A stretch of DNA of 32,000 nt from Desulfotalea psychrophila LSv54 (GCF_000025945.1 NC_006138.1:1470001-1502000), one strand, 5' to 3'. Numbered from the stretch's first letter, positions 17,793-25,558 are shown. Made by a program: numbers and translations. Notes: a model not told the origin generated them from the sequence alone.

Positions 17793-19726
17793 TGTTTGGT
17801 GAAGGAAGGCTAGATGCAAAGTTGTTGCCTGTGCGTGAGATCCAGAAGACTCTGTTTGAGATGTTTATCGCCAGTGTTGCCCATCATTCAGATAATATTG
17901 CCTATATATATAAGGTTAACGGTGAAGAGCTGCGGGTAACCTATTCAAAGCTCTTTGAGGATGTGCTTCTGTTGAGCAGGGCCTTTAAGAGGCGGGGCTT
18001 GGGCAGGGGCGATAAGGTGATGCTCCTCTCGGACAACCGTTATTCCTGGATCGTTACCGATCTTGCCCTTCTCTCCCTCGGGGCGGTAAATGTCCCCCGC
18101 GGCTCGGATACCCCCACTCAGGAACTTGAGTTCATTGTTGAACATTCTGAGAGTGTTCATCTGATTGTGGAGAGCAGTAAGTTGCTTGATCTGCATGCTG
18201 ATTATATCAAGAGATGCCGACAGATAAAAGACATCTTCATTATGGTGGCAGGAGAGGTGCATACCCTCTTTGGTCGTACCTATTCCTATCAGGATCTGCT
18301 TGCCAATCGTCAGTATAGCGAAAAAGATGTGAATAATTTTCTGGAAGAGGGTTATTCCTCTACCGAAGATGATTTTGTTACCATAATCTATACTTCAGGT
18401 ACTACAGGGGTGCCCAAGGGGGTCCAGCTCAGCAACAAGAACATTATGCATAATGTTGATTGTTTGCCGGGGATTATTCGTCTTACCGAGGAAGATCTGT
18501 GGCTCTCCATTCTTCCCAGCTGGCATATTTTTGAACGTACTGCCGAGTATGTTGCCCTTGCCGCCGGGACAACCCTCGTCTACTCCACGGTGCGCACTCT
18601 GGTCCAGGATCTGGAGAGATATAAACCGACCCTGTTGGCCACCGTGCCTCGGGTATGGGAATCTCTCTACTCCAAGGTGGACTCAGGGGTACGTAAAAAA
18701 GGAGCAATGGCCTATAGAATCTTTACTTCTCTTATCTGGTGTTCTTCCACTTATCGACGTAACAGAAGGGAATTTCTTGATCGGCTGCCAGTTTTTGCAA
18801 AGCCTAATTCCCTTGTTCGGTTTGGCCAAAAAGGTGTGGCTTTGGTGAAGATGTTGTTCCTTTATCTGCCCTATCTTTTTGCCGAGAAAAAGCTCAATGT
18901 GGTGCGCCAGCGTTTTGGTGGCAGGCTACGCTTGGCGATCAGTGGTGGAGGTAGTCTTGCCGATTACCTTGAAGAGTGGGTTGATGCCGTTGGTATTCGT
19001 ATTGTTAATGCCTATGGGATGACCGAGTGTTCGCCTGCTATTGCCGGACGTGGACTCGACTGTCGGGTCTATGGAACGGTTGGCGCAGGTGTTACCAATA
19101 CCCGGATTCGCTTGGTTGATGATGATGGCCTTGAAGTCTCTCAAGGAAAAGAGGGGTTGATTGAGGTTGTGGGCGATCAGGTTATGGGCGGTTATTATAA
19201 AAACGATGTGGGGAATATCGAGTCTTTTACCGATGATGGTTTTTTTAGAACCGGTGATCTCGGACGAAGGACGATCAGTGGTGATCTGGTCCTAACCGGT
19301 CGGGCCAAGGATATTATTGTTCTCTCCAGTGGGGAGAATATTGACCCCAGCCGGATTGAGAGTGCTATCTCTGTTTTTCCCTTTGTTCAGGATGCTATTT
19401 TGGTTGGGCAGGACAAGAAAGGACTCGGTGCCCTCCTTGTTGCCGACAGAGAAGAGTTGCTAAAGTATGCCGATAGCAGATTTTCTCATCTGCGTAAAGC
19501 CAGTCAAGAGCTTCTCAAGGATAATAAGGTGCTTGAACTGATTCGCAAGGAGATGAACGATAAGCTCCGGCCTAAGCAGGGGTTTAAGTCCTATGAAAAG
19601 TTGCATAAAATTACTTTCTTAGAAAAGGAATTTAAGCTCGGTGAAGAGCTGACCAATACCCTGAAAAAGAAACGTCATGTTATAGAAAAGAAATATCACA
19701 AGGTTATCAACGATTTGCTCCATTAA
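17792..19726 (+). CDS. Long-chain acyl-CoA synthetase (AMP-forming, ANL superfamily)
   Basis: IIYTSGTTGVPKGVQLSNKN AMP-binding motif, YGMTEC, GDLGRR...GRAKDII. ATG 17792 overlaps the ubiE TAA (TAATG); the ORF-track start at 17777 is a TTG five codons upstream. Confidence 0.88.
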   Translation: MFGEGRLDAKLLPVREIQKTLFEMFIASVAHHSDNIAYIYKVNGEELRVTYSKLFEDVLLLSRAFKRRGLGRGDKVMLLSDNRYSWIVTDLALLSLGAVNVPRGSDTPTQELEFIVEHSESVHLIVESSKLLDLHADYIKRCRQIKDIFIMVAGEVHTLFGRTYSYQDLLANRQYSEKDVNNFLEEGYSSTEDDFVTIIYTSGTTGVPKGVQLSNKNIMHNVDCLPGIIRLTEEDLWLSILPSWHIFERTAEYVALAAGTTLVYSTVRTLVQDLERYKPTLLATVPRVWESLYSKVDSGVRKKGAMAYRIFTSLIWCSSTYRRNRREFLDRLPVFAKPNSLVRFGQKGVALVKMLFLYLPYLFAEKKLNVVRQRFGGRLRLAISGGGSLADYLEEWVDAVGIRIVNAYGMTECSPAIAGRGLDCRVYGTVGAGVTNTRIRLVDDDGLEVSQGKEGLIEVVGDQVMGGYYKNDVGNIESFTDDGFFRTGDLGRRTISGDLVLTGRAKDIIVLSSGENIDPSRIESAISVFPFVQDAILVGQDKKGLGALLVADREELLKYADSRFSHLRKASQELLKDNKVLELIRKEMNDKLRPKQGFKSYEKLHKITFLEKEFKLGEELTNTLKKKRHVIEKKYHKVINDLLH

Positions 19727-19765
19727 TGGAGATGTTACTCATTCATTTTCTTTTACTCAAACCTA

Positions 19766-19805
19766 CGCACCCCCTCTTGTTCTCCCCCTCGCCAAGGTGG
19801 AGAGA
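19766..19805. repeat. REP-like GC-rich hairpin element, left copy
   Basis: CGCACCCCCTCTTGTTCTCCCCCTCGCCAAGGTGGAGAG. It shares the CGCACC end and the CTCGCCAAGG core with the reverse complement of the 19895-19931 copy. Confidence 0.6.
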
Positions 19806-19894
19806 CTTTCAGCAGAAATATGGCAACAGACGAAGCCTCTGCTCTTGCCCAATCTCCTCTTTTTTGCCCTTTCTCGCATCTTTTCTGCTTTTAG

Positions 19895-19931
19895 CCCCTC
19901 TCCTTGGCGAGGAGAGGTTGGGTGAGGTGCG
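19895..19931. repeat. REP-like GC-rich hairpin element, right copy (inverted)
   Basis: CCCCTCTCCTTGGCGAGGAGAGGTTGGGTGAGGTGCG contains an internal hairpin CCTCTCC-TTGGCGA-GGAGAGG. Its reverse complement aligns with the left copy. Confidence 0.6.
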
Positions 19932-20195
19932 TTCGTGCCGGAGGCAATTTCCTCCATTCCGTCAACTCTTATCAAGGGAGCAGGTCGCTCGGAACAATAA
20001 CTGTTTGTCGATTTTCAAAAGGTCTCACCTTTTCAATGCCAAAACCCATAAGAGATGGGGGCATTTAAGCGTTACAGTGTACTACATATCTGCAAAGCGA
20101 TAGCTGCCGATAAGAAAATAATGGTAGAGGTAAAGGCTAAAGGAAAAAAGAGGCCCTACCCGTTGTAGGGAAACCCTAAGCTTGCGCTCATGGGA

Positions 20196-20605
20196 GAATA
20201 AACACATGCAAAAAGCCTAAAAACCAGAACATTGGCGCAATATACATTTGTATAAAGCCTCAAACATTCAGTAGTCGACCAATATACAAATGTATAAAGC
20301 CCGAAACACCCAGGAGTGGAGCAATATACAGATGTATAAAGCCTGAAACATCCAGGAGTGGAGCAATATACAAATGTATAAAGCCTCAAACATCCAGGAG
20401 TGGACCAATATGTAAATGTATAAAGCCTCAAACACCGAGGAAACACAATATGCAAATGTATAAAGCCTGAAACATCCAGAGTGGACAATATACAAATGTA
20501 TAAAGGGTGAAACTTGAGTCTCGACCAATGTACCCGTGCATAGGGTGAAAACTGCCGAGGTTGACCAATGTACGAATGTCGAGAGGCTTGAAAGATGGGG
20601 AATGG
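20196..20605. repeat. Array of ten head-to-tail 40-42-bp direct repeats, each built around a TATACA-NN-TGTATA palindrome
   Basis: The CAATAT(A/G) register starts at 20196 (degenerate), 20238, 20280, 20322, 20364, 20406, 20446, 20486, 20526 and 20566. The spacing is 42 bp five times, then 40 bp four times. Consensus: CAATATACAAATGTATAAAGCCTSAAACATCCAGGAGTGGAG. The outer copies are degenerate. ORFs 20156..20488 and 20268..20528 are translation artefacts of this repeat. Confidence 0.95.
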
Positions 20606-20763
20606 CTTATCTAGAGGATCTTATCTTAGGTGAGATGGAGGACTCTCTTCTTATTTATGCAACAAGGCCGCATTGGTGTTAAAGAATTGATTATCTTTTC
20701 AAATTCACACATATTTATTTTCCTGATGGATAATGCTCATTAAAGCTAACTCCTCATTAAGAG

Positions 20764-20809
20764 GCAAAAAATTGTTGGCCAAAATCAGCGAGGCACGAGC
20801 ATGGCCAAC
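20764..20809 (-). terminator. Candidate (bidirectional) terminator downstream of the 141-aa gene
   Basis: GTTGGCCA (20774-20781) pairs with TGGCCAAC (20802-20809) across a 20-nt loop. The minus strand continues AATTTTTTG and the plus strand continues TGTTTTTGTCCTTTT. The long loop lowers confidence. Confidence 0.4.
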
Positions 20810-20834
20810 TGTTTTTGTCCTTTTGAATGACTTG

Positions 20835-21260
20835 TTATAAACCGTTTTCACGTGTGCTCATTAAAAAAGCCTTAAACCTAATAATGTTAGGAGTTTCATT
20901 GCGTTTCAGCATCGAATACTCTGTGAGAGCATCAGTTATAGCCATAAAAGAATCCAGTTTTAAGTTTAAATAGGCAAAACGATCTGCTTTATTATCCATG
21001 TGTTTAATAGAATTTTTCGGGCGCTTATCTTCTTTTTTGATAGCTGTTCTATTAATTTGTTCATCTATAAATTTAGCTGCTTGATCTAGTATCATAGTAG
21101 TAAAATCTTGCCCGCCGTTTATTCTTAGCCATTTACCATATATTTCTTGAGCAGCTCCAGCTAAATGCAGCGCCGAAAAATATTTTTGACCATCTAGATA
21201 TGATTCAATAGCACTCTCTAACATTTCATCTGCAATAGTTAATTTATCAAACTTTTCCAT
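20835..21260 (-). CDS. Hypothetical all-helical 141-aa protein with a possible HEPN-like (DUF4145-like) motif; partner of the Shedu-like gene
   Basis: AT-rich ORF 58 bp downstream of the 417-aa gene on the same strand. The N-terminal helix pair MLESAIESYLDGQKYFSALHLAGAAQEIYGKWL and R80-P-K-N83-S-I-K-H87 (codons 21023-21000) resemble the HEPN Rx4-6H signature. This is not a confident family assignment. Confidence 0.55.
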   Translation of the reverse strand: MEKFDKLTIADEMLESAIESYLDGQKYFSALHLAGAAQEIYGKWLRINGGQDFTTMILDQAAKFIDEQINRTAIKKEDKRPKNSIKHMDNKADRFAYLNLKLDSFMAITDALTEYSMLKRNETPNIIRFKAFLMSTRENGL

Positions 21261-21318
21261 GGGATTCCGATAGGTTTATAACGGCAGAAATCAGGCGCCG
21301 ACCAATGGATTTACCGCG

Positions 21319-22572
21319 TCAGCGCCCCATACCCCTTCCCGTTGCCTGAATTAATTTGTTGTGTGTTTTAGACCACTGACTTATTGTAAACTTAAGTCGC
21401 TCTAATAAATCATCATATGTAATGATGTCGATTACATTTTTGTATTTTCTTTTAATAACTTCAAAATCTTGCACCTGCTCATGTGTCATACCCTTTTTAC
21501 GACCCATAATTATAATGCCGCTTGGATTTGTTATTTTTATTTTGAAGTTCTCTGGCAATTCGTCTTTGTAGTGCTCTGTTAATTTTTCCTCTCCTTTTTT
21601 ACCCCATTTATTTAAATAGAAAATATACTTCTCAATTTGCATTACCGTACCAGAAAGTTCTCTTAGCGGTATGTAGTTGTCTCTATAAGTTCTTGTAGTA
21701 ACTATACACTTGTCGAAGGGCTTCTTTATTTCGATAATGTCTGTATTTCCGCTGGAATCTATTAGTAAATAGTCGATTTTTCGATCCGCTTTGTTATAGG
21801 TATCCCTGACAGGAGCTTCCTTGAATGCATGTATATATTTGGGATATAGCAGTAGTATAATTTGCAGCAATTCCTCCTGCCATTGAGCTTCAGTATAAGA
21901 AACTTCATCCTCAAGCATAGAATTAAGCTTTTCAGAAATGCTTGTAAATTTAATTAGTTCGAGATTTGAAAAATCATACTGAAGATTAGCTCCCTTTCTA
22001 CCATTTTTTTTATTTAAATATTGTTGATAACGTTCCTCATAGTCGTCATTAATTTCTATGTATGAAGATAAAACGCCACTGATCCTTGCTGAAACATATT
22101 TATTTAGTTCATTTGTATTGGGAAATGTTTTCAATAAACCATAATAAACCGGCATTGAGATCGCGTCTTCTTCGTCACCACCTATATAAATGGGACGATT
22201 TACCATGTTATCTATTTTGGGAAATATTGATATGTTACGTTCCGCGACAAAAAACCTACGTTCTAGTTTTATATCTTCATGCACATATAGATCGTGTTTT
22301 AAAGATAAAATATCCTTCGGGAAGCGATAGTATTCCCCATCCTTAACAGCAACTTCAAATTCAACTGGAGCCTCTTCGTCTTCTTTATTGAAAGCAGAAC
22401 TAAGATTCTTTTGGCTAAACTTGAAGACTTTACTAATTGTAACTCTGCCTGATTTATCCAATTCGTGATAGACCCAATTATGCGTGGGATAATCGCTTGA
22501 GTAGCAGAGTAAGATTTTGTTATCTAATTCCTTAAATTTAATCATATATTTGGGTTGCTCGCATTGAGACAT
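21319..22572 (-). CDS. Shedu-like (DUF4263) PD-(D/E)xK nuclease, putative anti-phage defence protein
   Basis: 417 aa, AT-rich. The C-terminal third reads EAQWQEELLQIILLLYP...RKIDYLLIDSSGNTDIIEIKKP...GTVMQIEKY...PSGIIIMGRKKGMTHEQ...VIDIITYDDLLERL. This gives a D...D...E-x-K nuclease core, a Q-x-x-x-Y helix and a TYDDL tail, as in DUF4263/SduA. The N-terminal ~250 aa has no recognisable domain. The start could be M10 (22545). Confidence 0.65.
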   Translation of the reverse strand: MSQCEQPKYMIKFKELDNKILLCYSSDYPTHNWVYHELDKSGRVTISKVFKFSQKNLSSAFNKEDEEAPVEFEVAVKDGEYYRFPKDILSLKHDLYVHEDIKLERRFFVAERNISIFPKIDNMVNRPIYIGGDEEDAISMPVYYGLLKTFPNTNELNKYVSARISGVLSSYIEINDDYEERYQQYLNKKNGRKGANLQYDFSNLELIKFTSISEKLNSMLEDEVSYTEAQWQEELLQIILLLYPKYIHAFKEAPVRDTYNKADRKIDYLLIDSSGNTDIIEIKKPFDKCIVTTRTYRDNYIPLRELSGTVMQIEKYIFYLNKWGKKGEEKLTEHYKDELPENFKIKITNPSGIIIMGRKKGMTHEQVQDFEVIKRKYKNVIDIITYDDLLERLKFTISQWSKTHNKLIQATGRGMGR

Positions 22573-22903
22573 AATGACCCGAGGTGAGCCACGAGATTGT
22601 TTTGTGATTTGGGCACCGTGTACAGGTCCTGGATTGAAAAATGGTCGCAGTCGCTTCCCTTATTGCTGGGGACTTAGCTCCGGGGCGACAAATTTTTCTT
22701 TAAAACTGCTGTTTATCTCCTCTGGTAACATAATGGAGGAGCAGATGGAAGACAAGCTTATTTCACTCCTGAGCCTAGCTTTAACTCTATGGAAAGTGGC
22801 AGAGTCTCTTATGGGGAGACCTCTACTCATTCGTAACGGAGAAAAGATGTTACTCTTCGAATATTAGATATTTATCCTGCTATAGCACTAAGGCAAACTC
22901 TTG

Positions 22904-23812
22904 CTACGATCGCCCCTTTTTATTAAGGGGGTAGCTGCTCTCTCGGTAAAAAATAAACATTCCAGAGGCAATGATGATGCCAGCGCCCAGCAGGGTTTGG
23001 GCACCAGGGAATTGCCCAAAAAGTAGCCAGCCAAGAATGGTGGCACTCACTATTTCGAGATATTGAAAGGGGGCAAGAACATTGGCATCTGCTTTGGTGA
23101 AGGCGATGGTTAAAAGTTGATGGGAGATAAGGGAGCTGGCGCCAACACCAAGAAAAAGGAGGGCAACCTCAGTCGTTGGCCAGGAGAGTTCAAAGAGCGG
23201 CAGTGAAAATGCATCTCCTAGTAAGGTTATGGGTAAAAGAAAGAGAGTTGCACCCATGCTTGCGTAGAACTGCATGGCGTTGACACTCTCTCCTCTTTTA
23301 CTCTGTTTTCTCGTTACAATAAGATATAGGGCAAAAAAGGTTGCGGTGAGAAAGGGGAGGATGGCGGTTGCACCAAAATTTGTGAAGCTGGGGCCGATGA
23401 TGAAGAGGGCGCCGGCAAAGCCAATCAAACAGGCTGTTATTCGTGCAATACCAATTTTTTCTTTAAGAAGTACGGCGGAAAAGAGGGTTAAGAGGAGGGG
23501 TTCTGCAAAGAAGATAGCAATGGCATCGGCCAGAGGCATTTGGGTAATTGCGGCGATAAAGCAAAGAGATGCCACTGCATTGAGAATACCTCGCAAAAAA
23601 TGGGTGGCCAGCAGAGGGAGCTTAGGGATTTTAAGTTCCCGGTAGGCAAAGGGAAAAAGCAGTGCACCCTGTAAAGAAAAACGGACTAAGGCAATTTCAC
23701 CGGGGGAAACATAGGCTGTCAGAACCTTACTTATGGCATCAATAACCGGAAGCAGCAAGGCTGCTGCTATCATAATAAGTAATCCTTTTTGCTGTGACTT
23801 TCTTTCCTCCAT
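22904..23812 (-). CDS. EamA/DMT-family transporter
   Basis: 302 aa with about 10 TM segments in two EamA-like halves. A strong SD (AAGGAGGAGG) precedes the ATG. Confidence 0.85.
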   Translation of the reverse strand: MEERKSQQKGLLIMIAAALLLPVIDAISKVLTAYVSPGEIALVRFSLQGALLFPFAYRELKIPKLPLLATHFLRGILNAVASLCFIAAITQMPLADAIAIFFAEPLLLTLFSAVLLKEKIGIARITACLIGFAGALFIIGPSFTNFGATAILPFLTATFFALYLIVTRKQSKRGESVNAMQFYASMGATLFLLPITLLGDAFSLPLFELSWPTTEVALLFLGVGASSLISHQLLTIAFTKADANVLAPFQYLEIVSATILGWLLFGQFPGAQTLLGAGIIIASGMFIFYRESSYPLNKKGRS

Positions 23813-23904
23813 GCCTCCTCCTTAAAAAGTAAATAGGAGGAGGGTACTGTAGGAGTAACGGATTCGCAACAGGAGAAAGTTGGTTAGTATGCTTTCGCCT
23901 CACT

Positions 23905-24672
23905 TTAGTAAATCTTGGCTTGGTCCTGTTGGGCCTGGCTATTTTTAGTTGCCGCTATGATAATTTCGTTAATGCTCTTGGCATAGGAAACATTTTTAGG
24001 AGCAGTCACCCTATCAAAGGATGTTCTATGCTCTGCTTGAGGATCATAGAAAAAGATATAATCGCTACCCTGGTTTTCCAGAAGGTCTGTCAGGACAATT
24101 TTAAGGTTACTGTTTTCTTTGTTGAGGGGGTCAACTCGGACAAAGGCTGTTCCCCATACCTGTCGTATCTGTTCAATCTCTTCGTCGGAAATATTCTCTG
24201 CTGCTGCTGTAGTGGTGATAAGGGCCGCGGAGCTGGATCTTTCTTTGCCTACTTTTATCTCGTCTCCAACCCTTATTTCGCCGCCCTCTTTGACAATGGC
24301 AAAAATACCTTCGCGGGGCATAACGCAATCACCTGCCTGATGGAAAATGGCGCATGGTTTGTGACAGATCTTGCCCAACTGGGAGATGATAAGTTTGCTC
24401 TTGCCAATTGTGAGATGGCTTCCCACGGGCAGGGCCGTAAGGTTTATTCCCGTTGTGGTGAGATTCTCTGCAAAATTACCTGCCACCACATCAAGTCCCT
24501 TTTCTCTCATGGAATCGATACTTTCCTGGGCGAGGAGGCTTACCTGGCGATGCCATCTGCCACCGTGGGCATCGTCTTGTAGGCCAAAGGCCTCAATAAG
24601 TTGAATGGAATGCACATTTTTTTTTCGAACACCCTTGCGATTACTTATGGAAATTGCTGAAATGATGGACAT
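23905..24672 (-). CDS. MOSC-domain protein with ~110-aa C-terminal extension of unknown function
   Basis: The N-terminal ~145 aa (GLQDDAHGGRWHRQVSLLAQES...NLTTTGINL...GKICHKPCAI...REGIFA.V..GG.I..GD) is a MOSC beta-barrel. ATG 24672 has better SD spacing (AAAGGTG) than the GTG at 24681 used by the ORF track. Confidence 0.75.
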   Translation of the reverse strand: MSIISAISISNRKGVRKKNVHSIQLIEAFGLQDDAHGGRWHRQVSLLAQESIDSMREKGLDVVAGNFAENLTTTGINLTALPVGSHLTIGKSKLIISQLGKICHKPCAIFHQAGDCVMPREGIFAIVKEGGEIRVGDEIKVGKERSSSAALITTTAAAENISDEEIEQIRQVWGTAFVRVDPLNKENSNLKIVLTDLLENQGSDYIFFYDPQAEHRTSFDRVTAPKNVSYAKSINEIIIAATKNSQAQQDQAKIY

Positions 24673-25072
24673 GATAGGCACCTTTTGTGAGAAGAAGAGC
24701 TTACACCTCTTCTGAGGGTTTTTGAGAATTCGGCATTAGGAAATAAGGTATCTATTTTAGCTGTTTTTGCAAGAGGTGATGGGACTGAAGAGGGGATTTG
24801 TAAAAAAAATATGATGGTTCCAGGTCATGGAGGATAAAGGTTTTCGTAAAGATTGGGGGGGCAGGAGGTAGGAGTGGGTAAAATAGGCAATTATTATAAT
24901 CTCTTCTTTTGTATTTGGAAATAAAATTGTTGATTTTTATTTTTTCTCTGTCGAATTTGTTGCTAGAGACAATAACTCCCTAGTTATAGTTATATAAAAA
25001 GCCTATAATGAAGCATTAAGTTGAAACTGATTTTTGCTGATCAATAATAACAATTACAAGTGGAGACCTGTT

Positions 25073-25558
25073 ATGAGCATTATAAGAAATGTAGACTGTG
25101 TCGTTACCCCTATAGATTTTTCAGATAATTCTGAAATGATAGCAAAATCTGCAGCCTATATGGCGGGTAAATTTGGTGCATCATTACACCTTGTCTTTGT
25201 CGTACAGAATTTTGAAGATTATTCTGGTTTCTTTGTTCCTCAGATGTCAATGCCCAGTCTTGAAAATGAACTGCTTGAAGGTGCCATGAAGAAGATGGAG
25301 GCCTTTTGCGAAAAACTTCAACCAACCTTGGATGAAAGTGGTATTAGTGATGTGAAGAGTAAGGTTCTGACCGGCGATGTTGCCGAGCGCATTATTGAGT
25401 ACGCCGCAGGGGCAGATGCGGGCATGATTATTATGGGTACCCATGGCTATAAGGGACTTGAAAAGATTATGTTTGGTAGTGTGGCGGGTAAGGTTGTCCG
25501 TGCTGCCGGTTGCCCTGTCTTAACCATTAATCCCTATAAGTGCAGCATGAAAGAGTAG
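25073..25558 (+). CDS. Universal stress protein (UspA family)
   Basis: MSIIRNVDCVVTPIDFSDNSE...MGTHGYKGLEKIMFGSVAGKVVRAAGCPVLTI contains the USP ATP-binding G-2x-G-9x-G(S/T) motif. SD GGAGA lies 6 nt upstream of ATG 25073; the ORF-track start at 25034 is less likely. Confidence 0.88.
   Translation: MSIIRNVDCVVTPIDFSDNSEMIAKSAAYMAGKFGASLHLVFVVQNFEDYSGFFVPQMSMPSLENELLEGAMKKMEAFCEKLQPTLDESGISDVKSKVLTGDVAERIIEYAAGADAGMIIMGTHGYKGLEKIMFGSVAGKVVRAAGCPVLTINPYKCSMKE

Noticed and set aside
19726-20103. 125-aa plus-strand ORF
   Set aside because: It spans the two REP-like hairpins, giving low-complexity SPSPRW/LLGEERLGE peptides. It has no SD and no coding-like composition.
20156-20528. ORFs of 110 aa and 86 aa on the minus strand
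   Set aside because: Both lie entirely within the tandem array and translate to periodic peptides (LYTFVYCSTPGCFRLYT...). They are artefacts of the repeat.
20196-20605. CRISPR array
   Set aside because: The 40-42-bp units are contiguous with no unique spacers between them. The repeats degrade gradually toward both ends, and no cas genes are nearby. It is a tandem direct-repeat array, not a CRISPR.
20196-21260. Type III toxin-antitoxin locus (ToxI-like RNA repeat array plus endoribonuclease toxin)
   Set aside because: The repeat size of about 36-42 nt is suggestive. In ToxIN/AbiQ-type loci, however, the repeats lie upstream of the toxin on the same strand. Here no ORF follows the array on the plus strand. 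On the minus strand the array lies downstream of the 141-aa gene and beyond a terminator-like hairpin. The 141-aa protein is all-helical and does not resemble ToxN/AbiQ as I recall them. I cannot fully exclude a transcribed regulatory RNA, so that possibility is kept in the finding.
22574-22867. 97-aa plus-strand ORF at the right edge of the islet (internal Met gives MEEQMEDKLISLLSLALTLWKVAESLMG...)
   Set aside because: It has no convincing RBS for either start, heterogeneous composition and no recognisable motif. It may be a gene remnant. Its 3' end contains the right copy of the islet direct repeat, which is reported separately.
24855-24861. G7 homopolymer in the MOSC/usp intergenic region as a phase-variation switch
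   Set aside because: The tract is short and is not positioned between recognisable -35/-10 elements, so there is no evidence for it from the sequence alone.
24913-24930. Sigma54-like -24/-12 element (TGGAAATAAAATTGTT) upstream of the usp gene
   Set aside because: The GG to TG spacing fits, but the -12 GC is TGT and the -24 region lacks the CAC. In an AT-rich intergenic region this is likely chance, and no enhancer-binding protein gene is nearby.
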